Below are positions 41,601 through 61,200 of a stretch of DNA of 64,000 nucleotides, in pieces. Location of the stretch: the NCBI RefSeq assembly GCF_009914755.1, contig NC_060939.1; one strand, written 5' to 3'. Under the pieces are notes generated by a model, which ran no database searches, had not been told where the DNA came from, and was given only the letters and a program-made list of their open reading frames with translations. The stretch's first letter is position 1. The number at the start of each line of letters is the position of its first letter. The position numbers and the translations under genes were made by a program. Source of the stretch: the human T2T-CHM13v2.0 reference genome, Homo sapiens.

Positions 41601-44600
41601 ATTCAGACCACAACAGGAGTGTTCTGGAATCCTATGTGAGGGACAAACATTCAGACCCTCGTATCACTGTTCTGGATCCTAAGTGAGGGACAAACTTTCA
41701 GACAATCGTAGCTGTGTTCTAGAGTCCTAAGAGAGGAACGAACATTCAGACCCTCGTATCACTGTTCTGGATCCTAAGTGAGGGACAAACATTCAGACCA
41801 CAGCAGAGTGTTCTGAAATCCACAATGAGGGACAAACTTTCAGACCCTCGTTGCAGTGTTCTGGAATCCTATGGAGTGACAAACATTCAGACAATCATAA
41901 CAGTGTTCTGGAATCCTGTGTGAAGAAAAAACTTTCAGACTCAAGCAGCAGTGTTCTGGAATCCTATGTGAGGGACAAACATTCAAGCAACAGCGGGAGT
42001 CTTCTGGAATCCTACGTGAGGGACAAACATTCAAACAACAGCGGGAGTCTTCTGGAATCCTATGTTATGGACAAACATTCAGATCCTCGTCGCAGTCTTC
42101 TGGAATTCTTTGTGAGGGAGGAACACTCAGAATCCTGCAGCATTGTTCTGGAATGCCATGTGACGGACATACCTGTAGACCCCTGAAGCCGTGTCATGGA
42201 ATCCTATGTGAGGGACAAACATTCAGAACCCAGCAGCAGTGTTCTGGAGTCCCATGTGAGGGACAATCATTCAGACCATCGTAGCAGTGTTCTGGAATTC
42301 TGTGTGAGGGACAAACCTTCAGACCCTTGTAGCAGTGTTCTGGAATCCTAAGTGACGGACAAACATTTAGACCTCAGCAGAAGTATTCCGGAATCCTATG
42401 TGAGTTACAAACATTGAGACAACAGCGGGAGTGTTCTGGAATCCTTTATTGCAAACAAACTTTCAGAACCTCGTCGCAGTGCTCTGGAGTTCTATGTGAG
42501 GGAGAAAGACTCAGAACCCAGCAGCAGTGCTCCGGAATCCTATGTGACAGACAAACATGTATACCCCAGCAGCAGTGGTATGGAATCCTATGTGAGGGAC
42601 AAACATTCAGACCAAGACAGCATTGTTATGGAAAACTATGTGAGGGAAAATCATTCAGACTCTCGTAGCAGTGTTCTGGGATTCTCTGTGAGGAACAAAC
42701 ATTGAGACCCTCGAATGTGTGTTCTGGAATCCTATGTGAGGGGAAAACATTCAGGCCACGGTAGCAGTGTTCTGGAATCCTATGTGAGAGACAAACATTC
42801 AGAAACTCATAGCAGTGTTCCGGAATCCCATGTGAGGGACAACCAGTCTGACAATCGTAGAAGTGTTCTGGAATCCTACATGACTGTCATACATATAGAC
42901 CCCAGCAGCAGTGTTCTGGAATCCTATGTGAGAGACAAACATTCAGACTCCAGCAGCAGTGTTTTGGCATCCATATGTGAGGGACAATCATTCAGACCCT
43001 CTTAGCAGTGTTCTGGAATTATGAGTGAGGGACAAACATTCAGACGCCTGCAGCAGCGTTCTGGAATCCTGTGTGAGGGACAAACATTCAGACCACAGCA
43101 GGATTGTTCTGGAATCCGATGTGAGGAAAAATCTTTCAGACCCTCTTAACATTGTTCAGGAATCCCATGTGAGGGACAAACATTGAGACCACAGCAGTAG
43201 TGTTCTTTAATCCTATGTGAGGGACAAATATTCAGACCCTCATAGCAGTGTTCTGGAATCCTATGTGAGGGACAAACATTGAGAGAATCGTGGCAGTGTT
43301 CTGGATTCCTACGTGAGGGAGAAACATTCAGACCGCAGCAGCTGTGTTCTGGAATCCTATGTGAGGGACAATCATTCAGACCCTCATAGCAGTGTTCTGG
43401 AATTCTGTGTGACTGACAAAGTTTCAGAACCTCGTAGCAGTGTTCTGGAATCCTATGTGAGGGACACACATTCAGATCCCAGCAGCAGTGTTCTGGAATC
43501 CTATGTGAGGGACAATCATTCAGATCCTCATAGCAGTGTTCTGGATTCTGGGTCAGGGACAAACGTTCATACCCTCGTGTCATTATTCTGGAATCCTGTG
43601 TGAGGAAAAAACATTCAGACAACAGCAGGATTGTTGTGGAATGCCCGGTGAGGAACAAACATTCAGACCCTCGTAGCAGTGTTCTGGAATCCTATGTGAC
43701 TGACAAACATTTAGACAACAGCAGCAGTGTTCTGGAATCCTATGTGAGGGACAATCATTCAAACAACAGTGGGAGTGTTCTTGAATCCTATGTTTCGGAA
43801 AATCATTCAGACCCTCGTCGCAGTGTACTGGAATTCTATGTGAGGGCAAACATTCAGACCACAGCAGTAGTGTTCTGGTATCCTATGTGAGGGACAAACA
43901 TTCAGACCCTCATAGAAGTGTTCAGGAATCCTATGTGAGGAACAAACATTCAGACCACAGCAGGAGTGTTCTGCAATCCCCTGTGAGGAAGAAACATTCA
44001 TACCCTCGTAATGGTCTTCTGGAATCCTATGTGATGGGCAAACATTTAGATCACAGCAGCAGTGTCCTGGAATCCTATGTGAGGGACAATCATTCAGACA
44101 CTCGTAACATTGTTCTGGAATCCTAAGTGAGGGACAAAAATTCAGACAATCCTAGCAGTGTTCTGGAAACCTATGTGTGGGCCAAACATTCGGACCCCAG
44201 GGACAGTGTTCTGCAATCCTATGTGAGGGAAAAACATTCAAACAACTGCGGGATTGTTCTGACATCCTATATTATGGACAAACATTCCGACACTCTTCAC
44301 AGTGATCTGGAGTTCTATGTGAGTGAGAAACACTCAGATCCCAGCAGAAGTGTTCTAGAATCCCATGTGATGGACATACATGTAGGCCCCAGCGGAAGTG
44401 TTCCAGAATCCTATGTAAGAGACAAAGATTCAGACCCCAGAAGCAGTGTTCTGCAATCCTATGTGAGTGACAATCATTCAGAAATTCGTAACAGTGTTCT
44501 GGAATTCTGGTGTGGGAGAATCATTCAGTCCCTCATAGCAGTGTTCTGGAATTCTGTGTGAGGGAAAAACATTCAGACCCTCGTAGCAGTGTTCTGAAAT

Positions 44601-46085
44601 CCTTTGTGAGGGACATTCAGACAACAGCAGTAGTGTTCTGGAATCCTCTGTGAGGAACAAACGTTTAGACAGTCGTAGCAGTGTTCTGGAATCCTACGTG
44701 ACAGACAAACTTTTAGACCCCAGCAGCAGTGTTCTGGAATCCTATGCGAGGGACAAACATTCAGACAATGGTAACAGTGTTCTGGAATCCTATGTGAGGG
44801 ACAAACACTCAAAACCCAGCAACAGTATTCTTGAATGCTATGTGAGGGACAAACTTTCAGACCACAGCAGGAGTGTTCTGGAATCCTATGTGAGGGACAA
44901 TCATTCAGACCCTCGTAGCAGTGTTCTGGAATTCTGTGTGAGAGACAAACATTCAGACCCTTGTAGCGGTGTTCTGGAATCCAATGTGACGGACAAACAT
45001 TCAGACCACCACAGGAGTGTTCTGGAATCCTATGTGAGGGAGAAACATTCAGAACCTAGTAGCAGTGTTCTGGAATCCTATGTGAGGAATAAACACTCGG
45101 AACCAAGCAGCAGTGTTCTGGAAAACTATGTAATAGACAAACATTCAGACCAGAGTAGGATTGCTCTGGAATCCTATGTGTTGGACACACATTCAGAACA
45201 CAGCAGGAGTGTTTTGGAATCCTATGTGAGGGACAAACATACAGACCCTCGTAGCAGTGTTCTGGAATCCAATGTGATTGACAAATATTCAGACCACAGC
45301 AGGAGTGTTTTGGAATCCTATGTGAGGGACAAACATACAGACCCTCGTAGTAGTGTTCTGGAATCCAATGTGATTGACAAATATTCAGACCACAGCAAGA
45401 GTGTTGTGGAAACTACTGTGAGGAACAAACATTGAGATCCACGTAGCAGTGTTCTGGAATCCTATGTGAGGGACAAACATTTAGACTCCAGCAGGAGTGT
45501 TCTGGAATCCCAAGTGTGGTACGAACATTCAGACCATCGTAGCAGTGTTCTGGTACTCTATGTGAAGGACAAACTTTCAGACAATAGTAGGAGTGTTCTG
45601 GTATCCTAAGTGAGGGACAAACATAAGAGCCCAGCAGCAGTGTTCTGGAATCCTATGTGATGGACAATCATTCCAAACCTCGTAGCAGTGTTCTGGAATT
45701 CTCTTTGAGGGACAAATATTCAGACACTCGTAGTAGTATTCCGGAATCCTGTGTGAGGGACAAACATTCAGACGACAGCAGGAGTGTTCTGGAATACCTC
45801 GTGAGAAACGAACATGCAGACCCTCGTAGCAGTGTTCTGGAATCCTTTGTGACAGAAAAACATTTTGACCCCAGCGGTAGTGTTCTGGAATCCTACTTGA
45901 GGGACAGTCATTCAGACCCTCGTAGCAGTGTTCTGGAACCCTATGTGAGGGACAAATACTCAGACCCCAGCAGTAGTGTTTTCGAATCATATGTGTGGGA
46001 CAAACATTGAAACAACAGCACTAGTGTCCTGGAATCATATGTTTCATGCAAACATTCAGACCCTCGTTGCAATGCTCTGGAATTC
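29649..46085. repeat. CER (D22Z3-type) 48-bp centromeric satellite, left arm
   Basis: Consensus agcagtgttctggaatcctatgtgagggacaaacattcagaccc(t/c)cgt repeats with a 48-bp period and diverged monomers. Confidence 0.93.
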
Positions 46086-47053
46086 TGTGGGGAAAAGCAA
46101 GAGAGATCAGATTGTTACTATGTCTGTGTAGAAAGAAGTAGACACAGGAGACTCCATTTTGTTCTGTACTAAGAAAAATTCTTCTGCCTTGAGGTTCTGT
46201 TAATCTGTGACCTTATCCCCAACCCCGTGCTCTCTGAAATATGTGCTGTGTCAAACTCAGGGTTAAATGGACTAAGTGTTGTGCAAGATGTGCTTTTTAA
46301 ACAGATGCTTGAAGGCAGCATGCTCCTTAAGAGTCATCACCACTCCCTAATCTCAAGTACTCAGGGACACAAAAACTGCGGAAGGCCGCAGGGACCTCTG
46401 CCTAGGAAAGCCAGGTATTGTCCAAGGTTTCTCCCCATGGGATAGTTTGAAATATGGCCTCGTGGGAAGGGAAAGACCTGATTGTCCCCCAGCCTGACAC
46501 CTGTAAATGGTCTGTGCTGAGGAGGATTAGTATAAGAGGAAGGCATGCCTCTTGCAGTTGAGACAAGAGGAAGGCATCTGTCTCCTGCCCGTCCATGGGC
46601 AATGGAATGTCTCGGTATAAAACCCGATTGTACGTTCCATCTACTGAGATAGGGAAAAACCACCTTAGGGCTGGAGGTGGGACATGCGGGCAGCAATACT
46701 GCTTTGTGAAGCATTGAGATGTTTATGTGTATGCATATCTAAAAGCACAGCACTTGATTCTTTACCTTGTCTATGATGCAAAGACCTTTGTTCACGTGTT
46801 TGTCTGCTGACCCTCTCCCCACTATGGTCTTATGACCCTGACACATCACCCTCTCGGAGAAACACCCACAAATGATCAATAAATACTAAGGGAACTCAGA
46901 GGCTGGCGGGATCCTCCATATGCTGAACGCTGGTTCCCTGGGTCCCCTTATTTCTTTCTCTATACTTTGTCTCTGTGTCTTTTTATTTTCCAAGTCTCTC
47001 GTTCCACCTAATGAGAAACACCCACAGGTGTGGAGGGGCAACCCACCCCTTCA
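46086..47053 (+). promoter_or_regulatory. 5' LTR (LTR5_Hs-like, 968 bp): TATAAAA 46616-46622, ATGCAAAG OCT4-type motif 46776-46783, AATAAA 46878-46883
   Basis: tgtggggaaaagcaagagagatcag...cccaccccttca; motifs read directly. Confidence 0.93.
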
Positions 47054-47055
47054 TC

Positions 47056-47073
47056 TGGTGCCCAACGTGGAGG
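47056..47073 (+). other. tRNA-Lys primer binding site
   Basis: tggtgcccaacgtggagg immediately after the 5' LTR. The major splice donor G|GTAAGC follows at 47161. Confidence 0.9.
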
Positions 47074-49001
47074 CTTTTCTCTAGGGTGAAGTTACGCTCG
47101 AGCGTGGTCATTGAGGACAAGTCGAAGAGAGTCCCAAGTGCGTCTACAGTCAGACTTACGGTAAGCTTGTGCACTCGGAAGAAGTTACGGTGATAATGGG
47201 GCAAACTAAAAGTAAAACTAAAAGTAAATATGCCTCTTAACTCAGCTTTATTAAAATTATTTTAAAAAGAGGGGGAGTTAGAGTATCTACAAAAAATCTA
47301 ATCAAGCTATTTCAAATAATAGAAAAATTTTGCCCATGGTTTCCAGAACAAGGAACTTTAGATCTAGAAGATTGGAAAAGAATTGGCAAGGAACTAAAAC
47401 AAGCAGGAAGGAAGAGTAATATCATTCCACTTACAGTATGGAATGATTGGGCCACTATTAAAGCAGCTTTAGAACCATTTCAAACGGAATAAGATAGCGT
47501 TTCAGTTTCTGATGCCCCTGGAAGCTGTGTAATAGATTGTAAAGAAAAGACAAGGAAAAAATCCCAGAAAGAAACGGAAAGTTTACATTGCGAATATGTA
47601 GCAGAGCCGGTAATGGCTCAGTCAACGCAACATGTTGACTAAAATCAATTACAGGAGGTGATATATCCTAAAACGTTAAAATTAGAAGGAAAAGGTCCAG
47701 AATTAGTGGGGCCATCAGAGTCTAAACCACGAGGGCCAAGTCCTCTTCCAGCAGGTCAGGTGCCCGTAACATTACAACCTCAAACGCAGGTTAGAGAAAG
47801 TAAGACCCAACTGCCAGTAGCTTATCAATACTGGCCGCTGGCTGAACTTCAGTATTGGCTACCCCCAGAAAGTCAGTATGGATATCCAGGAATGCCCCCA
47901 GCACCACAGTGCAGGGCACCATACCCTCAGCCGCCCACTAGGAGACTTAATCCTATGGCACCACCTAGTAGACAGGGTAGTGAATTACATGAAATTATTG
48001 ATAAATCAAGAAAGGAAAGAGATACTGAAGCATGGCAACTCCCAGTAATGTTAGAACCGATGCCACCTGGAGAAGGAGCCCAAGAGGGAGAGCCTCTCAC
48101 AGTTGAGGCCAGATACAAGTCTTTCTCGATAAAAATGCTAAAAGACATGAAAGAGGGAGTAAAACAGTATGGACCCAACTCCCCTTATATGAGGACATTA
48201 TTACATTCCATTGCTCATGGACATAGACTCATTCCTTATGATTGGGAGATTCTGGCAAAATCGTCTCTCTCACCGTCTCAATTTTTTGCAATTTAAGACT
48301 TAGTGGATTGATGGTGCACAAGAACAGGTCCGAAGAAATAGGTCTGCCAATCCTCCAGTTAACATAGATGCAGATCAACTATTAGGAACAGGTCAAAATT
48401 GGAGCACTATTAGTCAACAAGCATTAATGCAAAATGAGGACATTGAGCAAGTTAGAGCTATCTGCCTTAAAGCCTGGGAAAAAATCCAAGACCCAGGAAG
48501 TGCCTGCCCCTCATTTAATACAGTAAGACAAGGTTCAAAAGAGCCCTACCCTGATTTTGTGGCAAGGCTCCAAGATGTTGCTCAAAAGTCAATTGCCAAT
48601 GAAAAAGTCCTTAAGCTCATAGTGGAGTTGATGGCATACGAAAACGCCAATCCTGAGTGTCAGTCGGCCGTTAAGCCATTGAAAGGAAAGTTTCCTGCAG
48701 GATCAGATGTAATCTCAGAATATGTAAAAGCCTGTGATGGAATCGGAGGAGGTATGCATAAAGCTATGCTTATGGCTCAAGCAATAACAGGAGTTGTTTT
48801 AGGAGGACAAGTTAGAACATTTGGAGGGAAATGTTATAATTGTGGTCAAATTGGTCATTTAAAAAAGAATTGCCCAGTCTTAAATAAACAGAATATAACT
48901 ATTCAAGCTACTACAACAACAGGTAAAGAGCCACCTGACTTATGTCCAAGATGTAAAAAAGGAAAACATTGGGCTAGTCAATGCCGTTCTAAATTTGATA
49001 A

Positions 49002-54393
<5,392 letters not shown>

Positions 54394-55275
54394 GAAAAAT
54401 TATTCTGCCTTGAGATTCTGTTAATCTATGACCTTACCCCCAAACCCGTGCTCTCTGAAATATGTGCTGTGTCAAACTCAGGGTTAAATGGATTAAGTAT
54501 TGTGCAAGATGTGCTTTGTTAAACAGTTGCTTGAAGGCAGCATGCTCCTTAAGAGTCATCACTACTCCCTAATCTCAAGTACCCAGGGACACAAAAACTG
54601 CGGAAGGCCTCAGGGACCTCTGCCTAGGAAAGCCAGGTATTGTCCAAGGTTTCTCCCCATGGGATAGTCTGAAATATGGCCTTATGGGAAGGGAAAGACC
54701 TGACCGTCCCCCAGCCCGACACCCGTAAATGGTCTGTGCTGAGGAGGATTAGTATAAGAGGAAGGCATGCCTCTTGCAGTTGAGACAAGAGAAAGGCATC
54801 TGTCTCCTGCCCGTCCATGGGCAATGGAATGTCACGGTATAAAACCCGATTGTACGTTCCATCTACTGAGATAGGGAAAAACCGCCTTAGGGCTGGAGGT
54901 GGGACATGCGGGCAGCAATACTGCTTTGGAAAGCATTGAGATGTTTATGTGTATGCATATCTAAAAGCACAGCACTTGATTCTTTACCTTGTCTATGATG
55001 CAAAGACCTTTGTTCGCGTGTTTGTCTGCTGACCCTCTCCCCACTATTGTCTTGTGACCCTGACACATCCTCCTCTCGGAGAAACACCCACAAATGATCA
55101 ATAAATACTAAGGGAACTCAGAGGCTGGCGGGATCCTCCATATGCTGAACGCTGGTTCCCTGGGTCCCCTTATTTTTTTCTCTATACTTTGTCTCTGTGT
55201 CTTTTTCTTTTCCAAGTCGCTCATTCCACCTAACAAGAAAAACCCACAGGTGTGGAGGGGCAACCCACCCCTTCA

Positions 55276-58200
55276 GAATTCTATGTGAGGGAGAAAATTC
55301 AGACCCCAGCAGCAGTCTTCTGGAATCCGACATGAGGGACAATCACTCAGACACTCGTATCAGTGTTCTGCAATTCTGTGTGAGGACGAACATTCAGACC
55401 ACAACAGGGATGTTCTGGAATCCTATGTGAGGGACAAACATTCGGACCCCAGATGTAGTGTTTTCGAATACTATGTGTAGGACAAACATTCAAACAACGG
55501 CGGGAGAATTATGGAATTCTATGTTTCGGACAAACATTCAGACCCTCGTAGCATTGTTCTGGAATCCTATGTGACAGACTAACATTTAGACCCTGCAGCA
55601 GTGTTCTAGAAACTTATATGATGGACATGCATGTAGACCCCAGCAGCAGTGTTCTGGAATCCTATGTGATTGACAAATGTTCAGACCCCCGCAGCAGTGT
55701 TCTGGAATCGTATGTGATTTGCAATCATTCAGACCCTCATAGCAGTGCTCTGGAATTCTGTGTGAGGGACAAGCATTCAGACCCTTTTAGAAGTTTTCTG
55801 GAATCCTATGTGAGGGACAATCATTCAGACCCCTGCAGCAGTGTTCTGGCATCGATGTAAGGGACAATCATTCAGACCCACACAGCACTGTTCTGGAATT
55901 CTGCTTCAGGGCCAACATTCAGACCACAAAAGGAGTGTTCTGGAATCACCTGTGAGGAACAAACTTTCAGAACCCCGTAGCAGTTTTCTGGAATCCTATG
56001 TGTCAGACAAACATTTAAACCCCAGCAGCAGTGTTCTGGAATCTTATATGAGGGAGAAATATTCAGACAATCGTAGCAGTGTTCTGGAATCCTGTGTGAT
56101 GGACAAACTTTCTGATCCAAGCAGCAGTGTTCTGGAATCCTATGTGAGGGACAAACATTCAAACAACAGCGGGAGTGTTCTGGAATCCTATGTTACAGAC
56201 AAACATTCAGGTTCTCGTCACAGTGTTCTAGAATTCTCTGTGAGGGAGAAACACTCAGAACCCAGCTGCAGTGTTCTGGAATCCTATGTGGTGGACATAC
56301 ATGTAGACCCCAGAAGCAGTGCTGTGGAATGCTACGTGAGGAACAAACATTCAGACCCCAGCAGCAGTGTTCTGGAATATTGCTTGAGGGACAATCATTC
56401 AGACCCTCGTAGCAGTGTTCTGGAGTCCAGTGTGAGGGACAAATATTCAGATCACAACAGGAGTATTCTGGAATCCCCTATGAAGAACAAACATTCAGGC
56501 TATCGTAGCAGTGTTCTGGAATCCTATGTGACTGACAAACATTGAGACCCCAGCAGCAGTGTTCTGGAGTGCTATATGAGGGACAAACCTTCAGACACTA
56601 GTAGTAGTGTTCTGGAATCCTATGTGAGGGACTAACACTCAGAACCCAGCAGCATTTTTCTGGGTCCCTATGTGAGGGACAAATACTTGGAACACAGCTT
56701 CAGTGTTTTGCCATTTTATGTGAGGGACAAACATTCAGACCCTCATAGAAGTGTTCTGGAATCCTATGTGAGGGACAAACTTTCCGACAATTATAACAGA
56801 GTTCTGTAATCCTACGTTAAGGACAAATATTCAGACACTCGTAACAGTGTTCTGGAATCGTATGTGAGGGACACACATTCAGACAATCGTAGCAGTGTTT
56901 TGGAATCCTATGTGAGGGACAAACATTCAGAAGCCAGCACAAGTGTTCTGGAATCTTCTGTGAGGGAAAAACATTCAATCAACAGTGGGAGTGTTCTGGA
57001 ATCCTATGTTATGGACAAACATTCAGACGCTCATCGCAGTGTTCTGAAATTGTATGTGAGGGAGGAACACTGAGAACCCAGCAGCAGTTTTCTGGAATCC
57101 TATATGATGGATGTACTTGTAGACCCCAGCAGCAGTGTTCTAGAATCCTATGTGAGGGACAAACATTCAGACCTTCATCGAATTGTTCTGGAATCCTATA
57201 AGAGGGACAAACACTCAGAAACCAGCAGCAGCATTCAGGAACCCTATGTGAGGGACAAACATTCAGACAACAGCAGGATTGTTCTGGACTCCTATGTGAG
57301 TAACATACACTCAGAAAACAGCAGGAGTGTTTTGGAATCCTATGTAAGGGACAAACATTCAGATCCTCATAGCAGTGTCCTGGATTTCTGCGTGAGGGAC
57401 AAACATTCAGACCTCCATAGCAGTGTTCTGGAATCCTATGTTAGAGAGAAACATCCAGACCACAGCAGGAGTGTTCTGGAATCTCCTGTGAGGAACAAAC
57501 ATTCAGACTCCCCTAACAGTGTTCTGAAATCTTATGTCACTGACAAACATTTAGACGCCAGCAGCAGTATTCTGGAATGCAATGTGAGGGACAAATATTG
57601 AGACCCTTGTAGCAGTGTTCTGGTATCCTATCTGAGAGACAAACTCTCAGAACCAAGCAGCGGTGTTCTGGAAAATTATGTAAGAGATAAAGATTCAGAC
57701 CAGATCTGGTATGCTCTGGAATTCTATGTGAGGAACAAGCTCTCAGAATACTGCAGGAGTGTTTTGGAATCCTATGTGAGGGACAAACATTCAGACCCTC
57801 GTAGCAGTGTTCTGGAATCCCATGTGATTGACATTCAGACCACAGCAGGAGTGTTCTGGAATCCCCTGTGAGGATCCAACATTCAGACCCCTGTAGCAGT
57901 GTTCTGGAATCCTAAGTGAGAGACAAACATTTAGACCCCAGCAGCAATGTTCTGGAATCCTATGTGAGGGACAAACATTCAGACCCTCGAAGCAGTGTTC
58001 TGGAATCCCATGTGTGGGATAAACATTCAGACAATAGTAGCAGTGTTCTGTAATCCAATGTGAGGGACAAACCTTCAGACCCTCGTCGGAATGCTTTGAA
58101 TCCTATGTGAGGGACAAACACTGAGACAATCAGTACTATTCAGGAATCCTCTGTGAGGTACAAATTTTTAGAGCACAGCAGAAGTGTTCTGCAATCCTAT

Positions 58201-61200
58201 TTGAGGGACAAACATTCAAACAACAGAGGGAATCTTCTGGAATCCTATGTTACGGACCAACATTCAGACCCTCGTTGCAGTATTCTGGAATTCTATGTGA
58301 GGGAGAAACACGTAGAACCTATCAGCTGTGTTCTGGAATCCTGTGGGAGGGACATACATGTAGAAACCAGCAGCGGTGTTCTGGAATCCTATGTGAGGGA
58401 CAAACATTCAGAACCGAGCAGCAGTGTTCTGGAACTCTGTATGAGGGACAAACATTAAGAACACGGCAGGATTGTTCTGCAATCCTATGTGAGGGAGAAA
58501 CACTCTGAAAACCGTAAGAGTGTTTTGGAATCCTACATGAGGGCCAAACAATCAAACCCTCATAGCTGTGTTCCGGAATCCTATGTGAGGGGCAAACACT
58601 CAGACAATCGTAGCAGTTTTCTGGAATCCTTTGTGAGGGACAAGCATTCATTCCCTCGTAGCGGTGTTCGGGAACCCTGTATGAGGGACAAACATTCAGA
58701 CCACACCGTTCTGGAATCCCCTCTGTGGGAAAAACATTCAGACCCTCGTGGCAGTGTTCTGGAATCCTATGTGATGGACAAAGATTTAGACCACAGCAGC
58801 AGTGTTCTGAAATCCTATGTGAGGGACATTCAGACCCTCTTAGCAGTTTTCTGGAATCTTATGTGAGGGACAATCATTCAGACCTCAGCAGGAGTGTTCT
58901 GGAAAACCCATGTGAGGGACAAACACTCAGACTACAGCAGGAGTGTTCTGGAATCCCCTGTGAGGGACAAACATTCAGACTGTCGTAGGGGTGTTCTGGA
59001 ATCCTATGTGACGAACAAACATATAGAATCCAGCAGCATTGTTCTGGAATCCTATGTAGGAGACAAACATTCAGACAATAGTAGCAGTGTTCTGGAATCC
59101 TATGTGAGGGGCAAACATTCAGACCACAGCAGCAGTGTTCTGGAATCCTATGTGAGGGACAAACATTCAAACAACAGCGAGAGTGTTCTGGAATCCTAAG
59201 TTATGGACAAACACTCAGACCCTCGTGGCAGTGTTCTGGAATTCTATGTGATGGAGAAACACTCAGAATCCAGCAGCAGTGTTCTGGAATCCTATATGAC
59301 GGAGATACACGTACACCCCAGCAGCAGTGTCCTGGAATCCTATGTGAGAGACAAACTTTCAGACCCCAGGAGCAGAGTTCTGGAATCCTACATGAGGGAT
59401 AAACATTCAGACCCTCTTAGCAGTTTTCTTAATCACTATGTCAGGGACAAAGATTCAGACCTCAGCACCATTGTTCTGGAATCCTACATGAGGCTCAAAC
59501 ATTCAGACCCTCGTTGCAGTCTTCTGGAATCCTGTGTGAGAGACAATCATTCAGACAACAGCAGGAGTCTTCTGGAATTCCCTGTGAAAAATAAACACTC
59601 AGATCCTCCTAGCAGTGTTCTGGAAACCTATATGACGGACAAACATTTAGACAACTGAAGCAGTGTTATGGAATCACATATGAGAGACAGACATTCAGAA
59701 ACTTGTACCAGAGTTCTGGAATCCTTTGAGAGGGACAAACATTCAGAACCCAGCAGAAGTGTTCCGGAATCCTATGTGAGGGACAAGCATTCAGACACTG
59801 GTAGCAGTGTTCTGGAATCCTATGTGAGAGACAAACACTCCGAACCCAGCAGCATTGTTCTGGAACCCTATGTGAGGGAAAAACATTCATACCACAGAAA
59901 GATTGCCCTGGAATCCTATGAGAGGGACAAACACTCAGAACACAGCAGGAGTGTGTTGGAATCCTATGTGAAGGAAAAACATTGAGACCCTCGTAGCAGT
60001 GTTCTGGAATCCTATGTGAGGGACAAACATTCAGAGCACAGAAGGAGTGTTCTGGAATCCTATGTGAGGGACAAACATTCAGATCCTCGAAGCAGTGTTC
60101 TGGGATCTAATGTGAGGGATAAACATTCAAATAACAGCGGGAGTGTTCTGAAATCCTGTGTTACGGACAAACATTCAGACCATCGTGGCAGTGTTCTGGA
60201 ATTCTATGTGAGGTAGAAACATTCAGAACACAACAGCAGTGTTCTGGAAACCTATGTGACGGACATACATGCAGACCCCTGCAGGGGGGTTCTGGAATCC
60301 TATAATGTGAGGGACAAACATTCAGAACACAGCAGCAGTGTTCTGGAAACCTATGTGACGGACATACATGCAGACCCCTGCAGGGGGGTTCTGGAATCCT
60401 ATGTGAGGGACAAACATTCAGAAGCCTGCAGCAGTGTTATGGAATCTTATGTGAGGGACAATTATTCAGACTCTCGTAGCAGTGTTCTGGAATTCTGTGT
60501 GAGGGTAAAACATTCAGAAACTCATAGCAATTTTCTGAAATCCTATGTGAGGGACAAACATTCAGAACACAGCAGGAGTGTTCTCAAATCCTCTGTGAGG
60601 GAAAATCATTCCGACCCTCGTAGCAGTGTTCTGGAATCCTGTGTGAGGGACAAACATTCAGACCCCAACAACAGTGTTCTGTAATCCTATGTGTTGGACA
60701 ATCATTCAGAACCCCATAGCAGTGCTCTGGAATTCTGTGTGAGGGACAAATATTCAAGCTGTCATTGCAGTGTTCTGGAATCCCGTGTGAGGGACAAACA
60801 TTCAGACAACAGCAGGATTGTTCTGGAATCCTATGTGAGGGACAAGCATTCAGACAATCGTAGCAGTGTTCTGGAATCCCATGTGAAGGACAAACATTCA
60901 GACCTTCATAGCAGTGTTCTGGAATGGTATGTGATGGACAAACATTCAGACAATCGTAGCATTGTTCTGGAATCCTATGTGAGGGACAAACATTCAGACA
61001 CCAGCAGCAGTGTTCTGGAATCCTATGTGAGGGACAAACATACAAACAACAGCTAGAGTGTTCTGGAATCCTATGTTAGGGACAAACATTCAGATGCTCG
61101 AAGCAGTGTTCTGGAATTATATGTGATGGAGAAACAGTCAGAACCCAATAGCAGTGTTCTGGAATCCTATGTGACGGACATGGATGTAGACCCCAGCAGC

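Noticed and set aside
29649-46085. CRISPR-like appearance (constant core with a variable segment)
   Set aside because: The variable part is only a few diverged bases of a tandem monomer, not unique spacers. The context is primate DNA with no cas genes.
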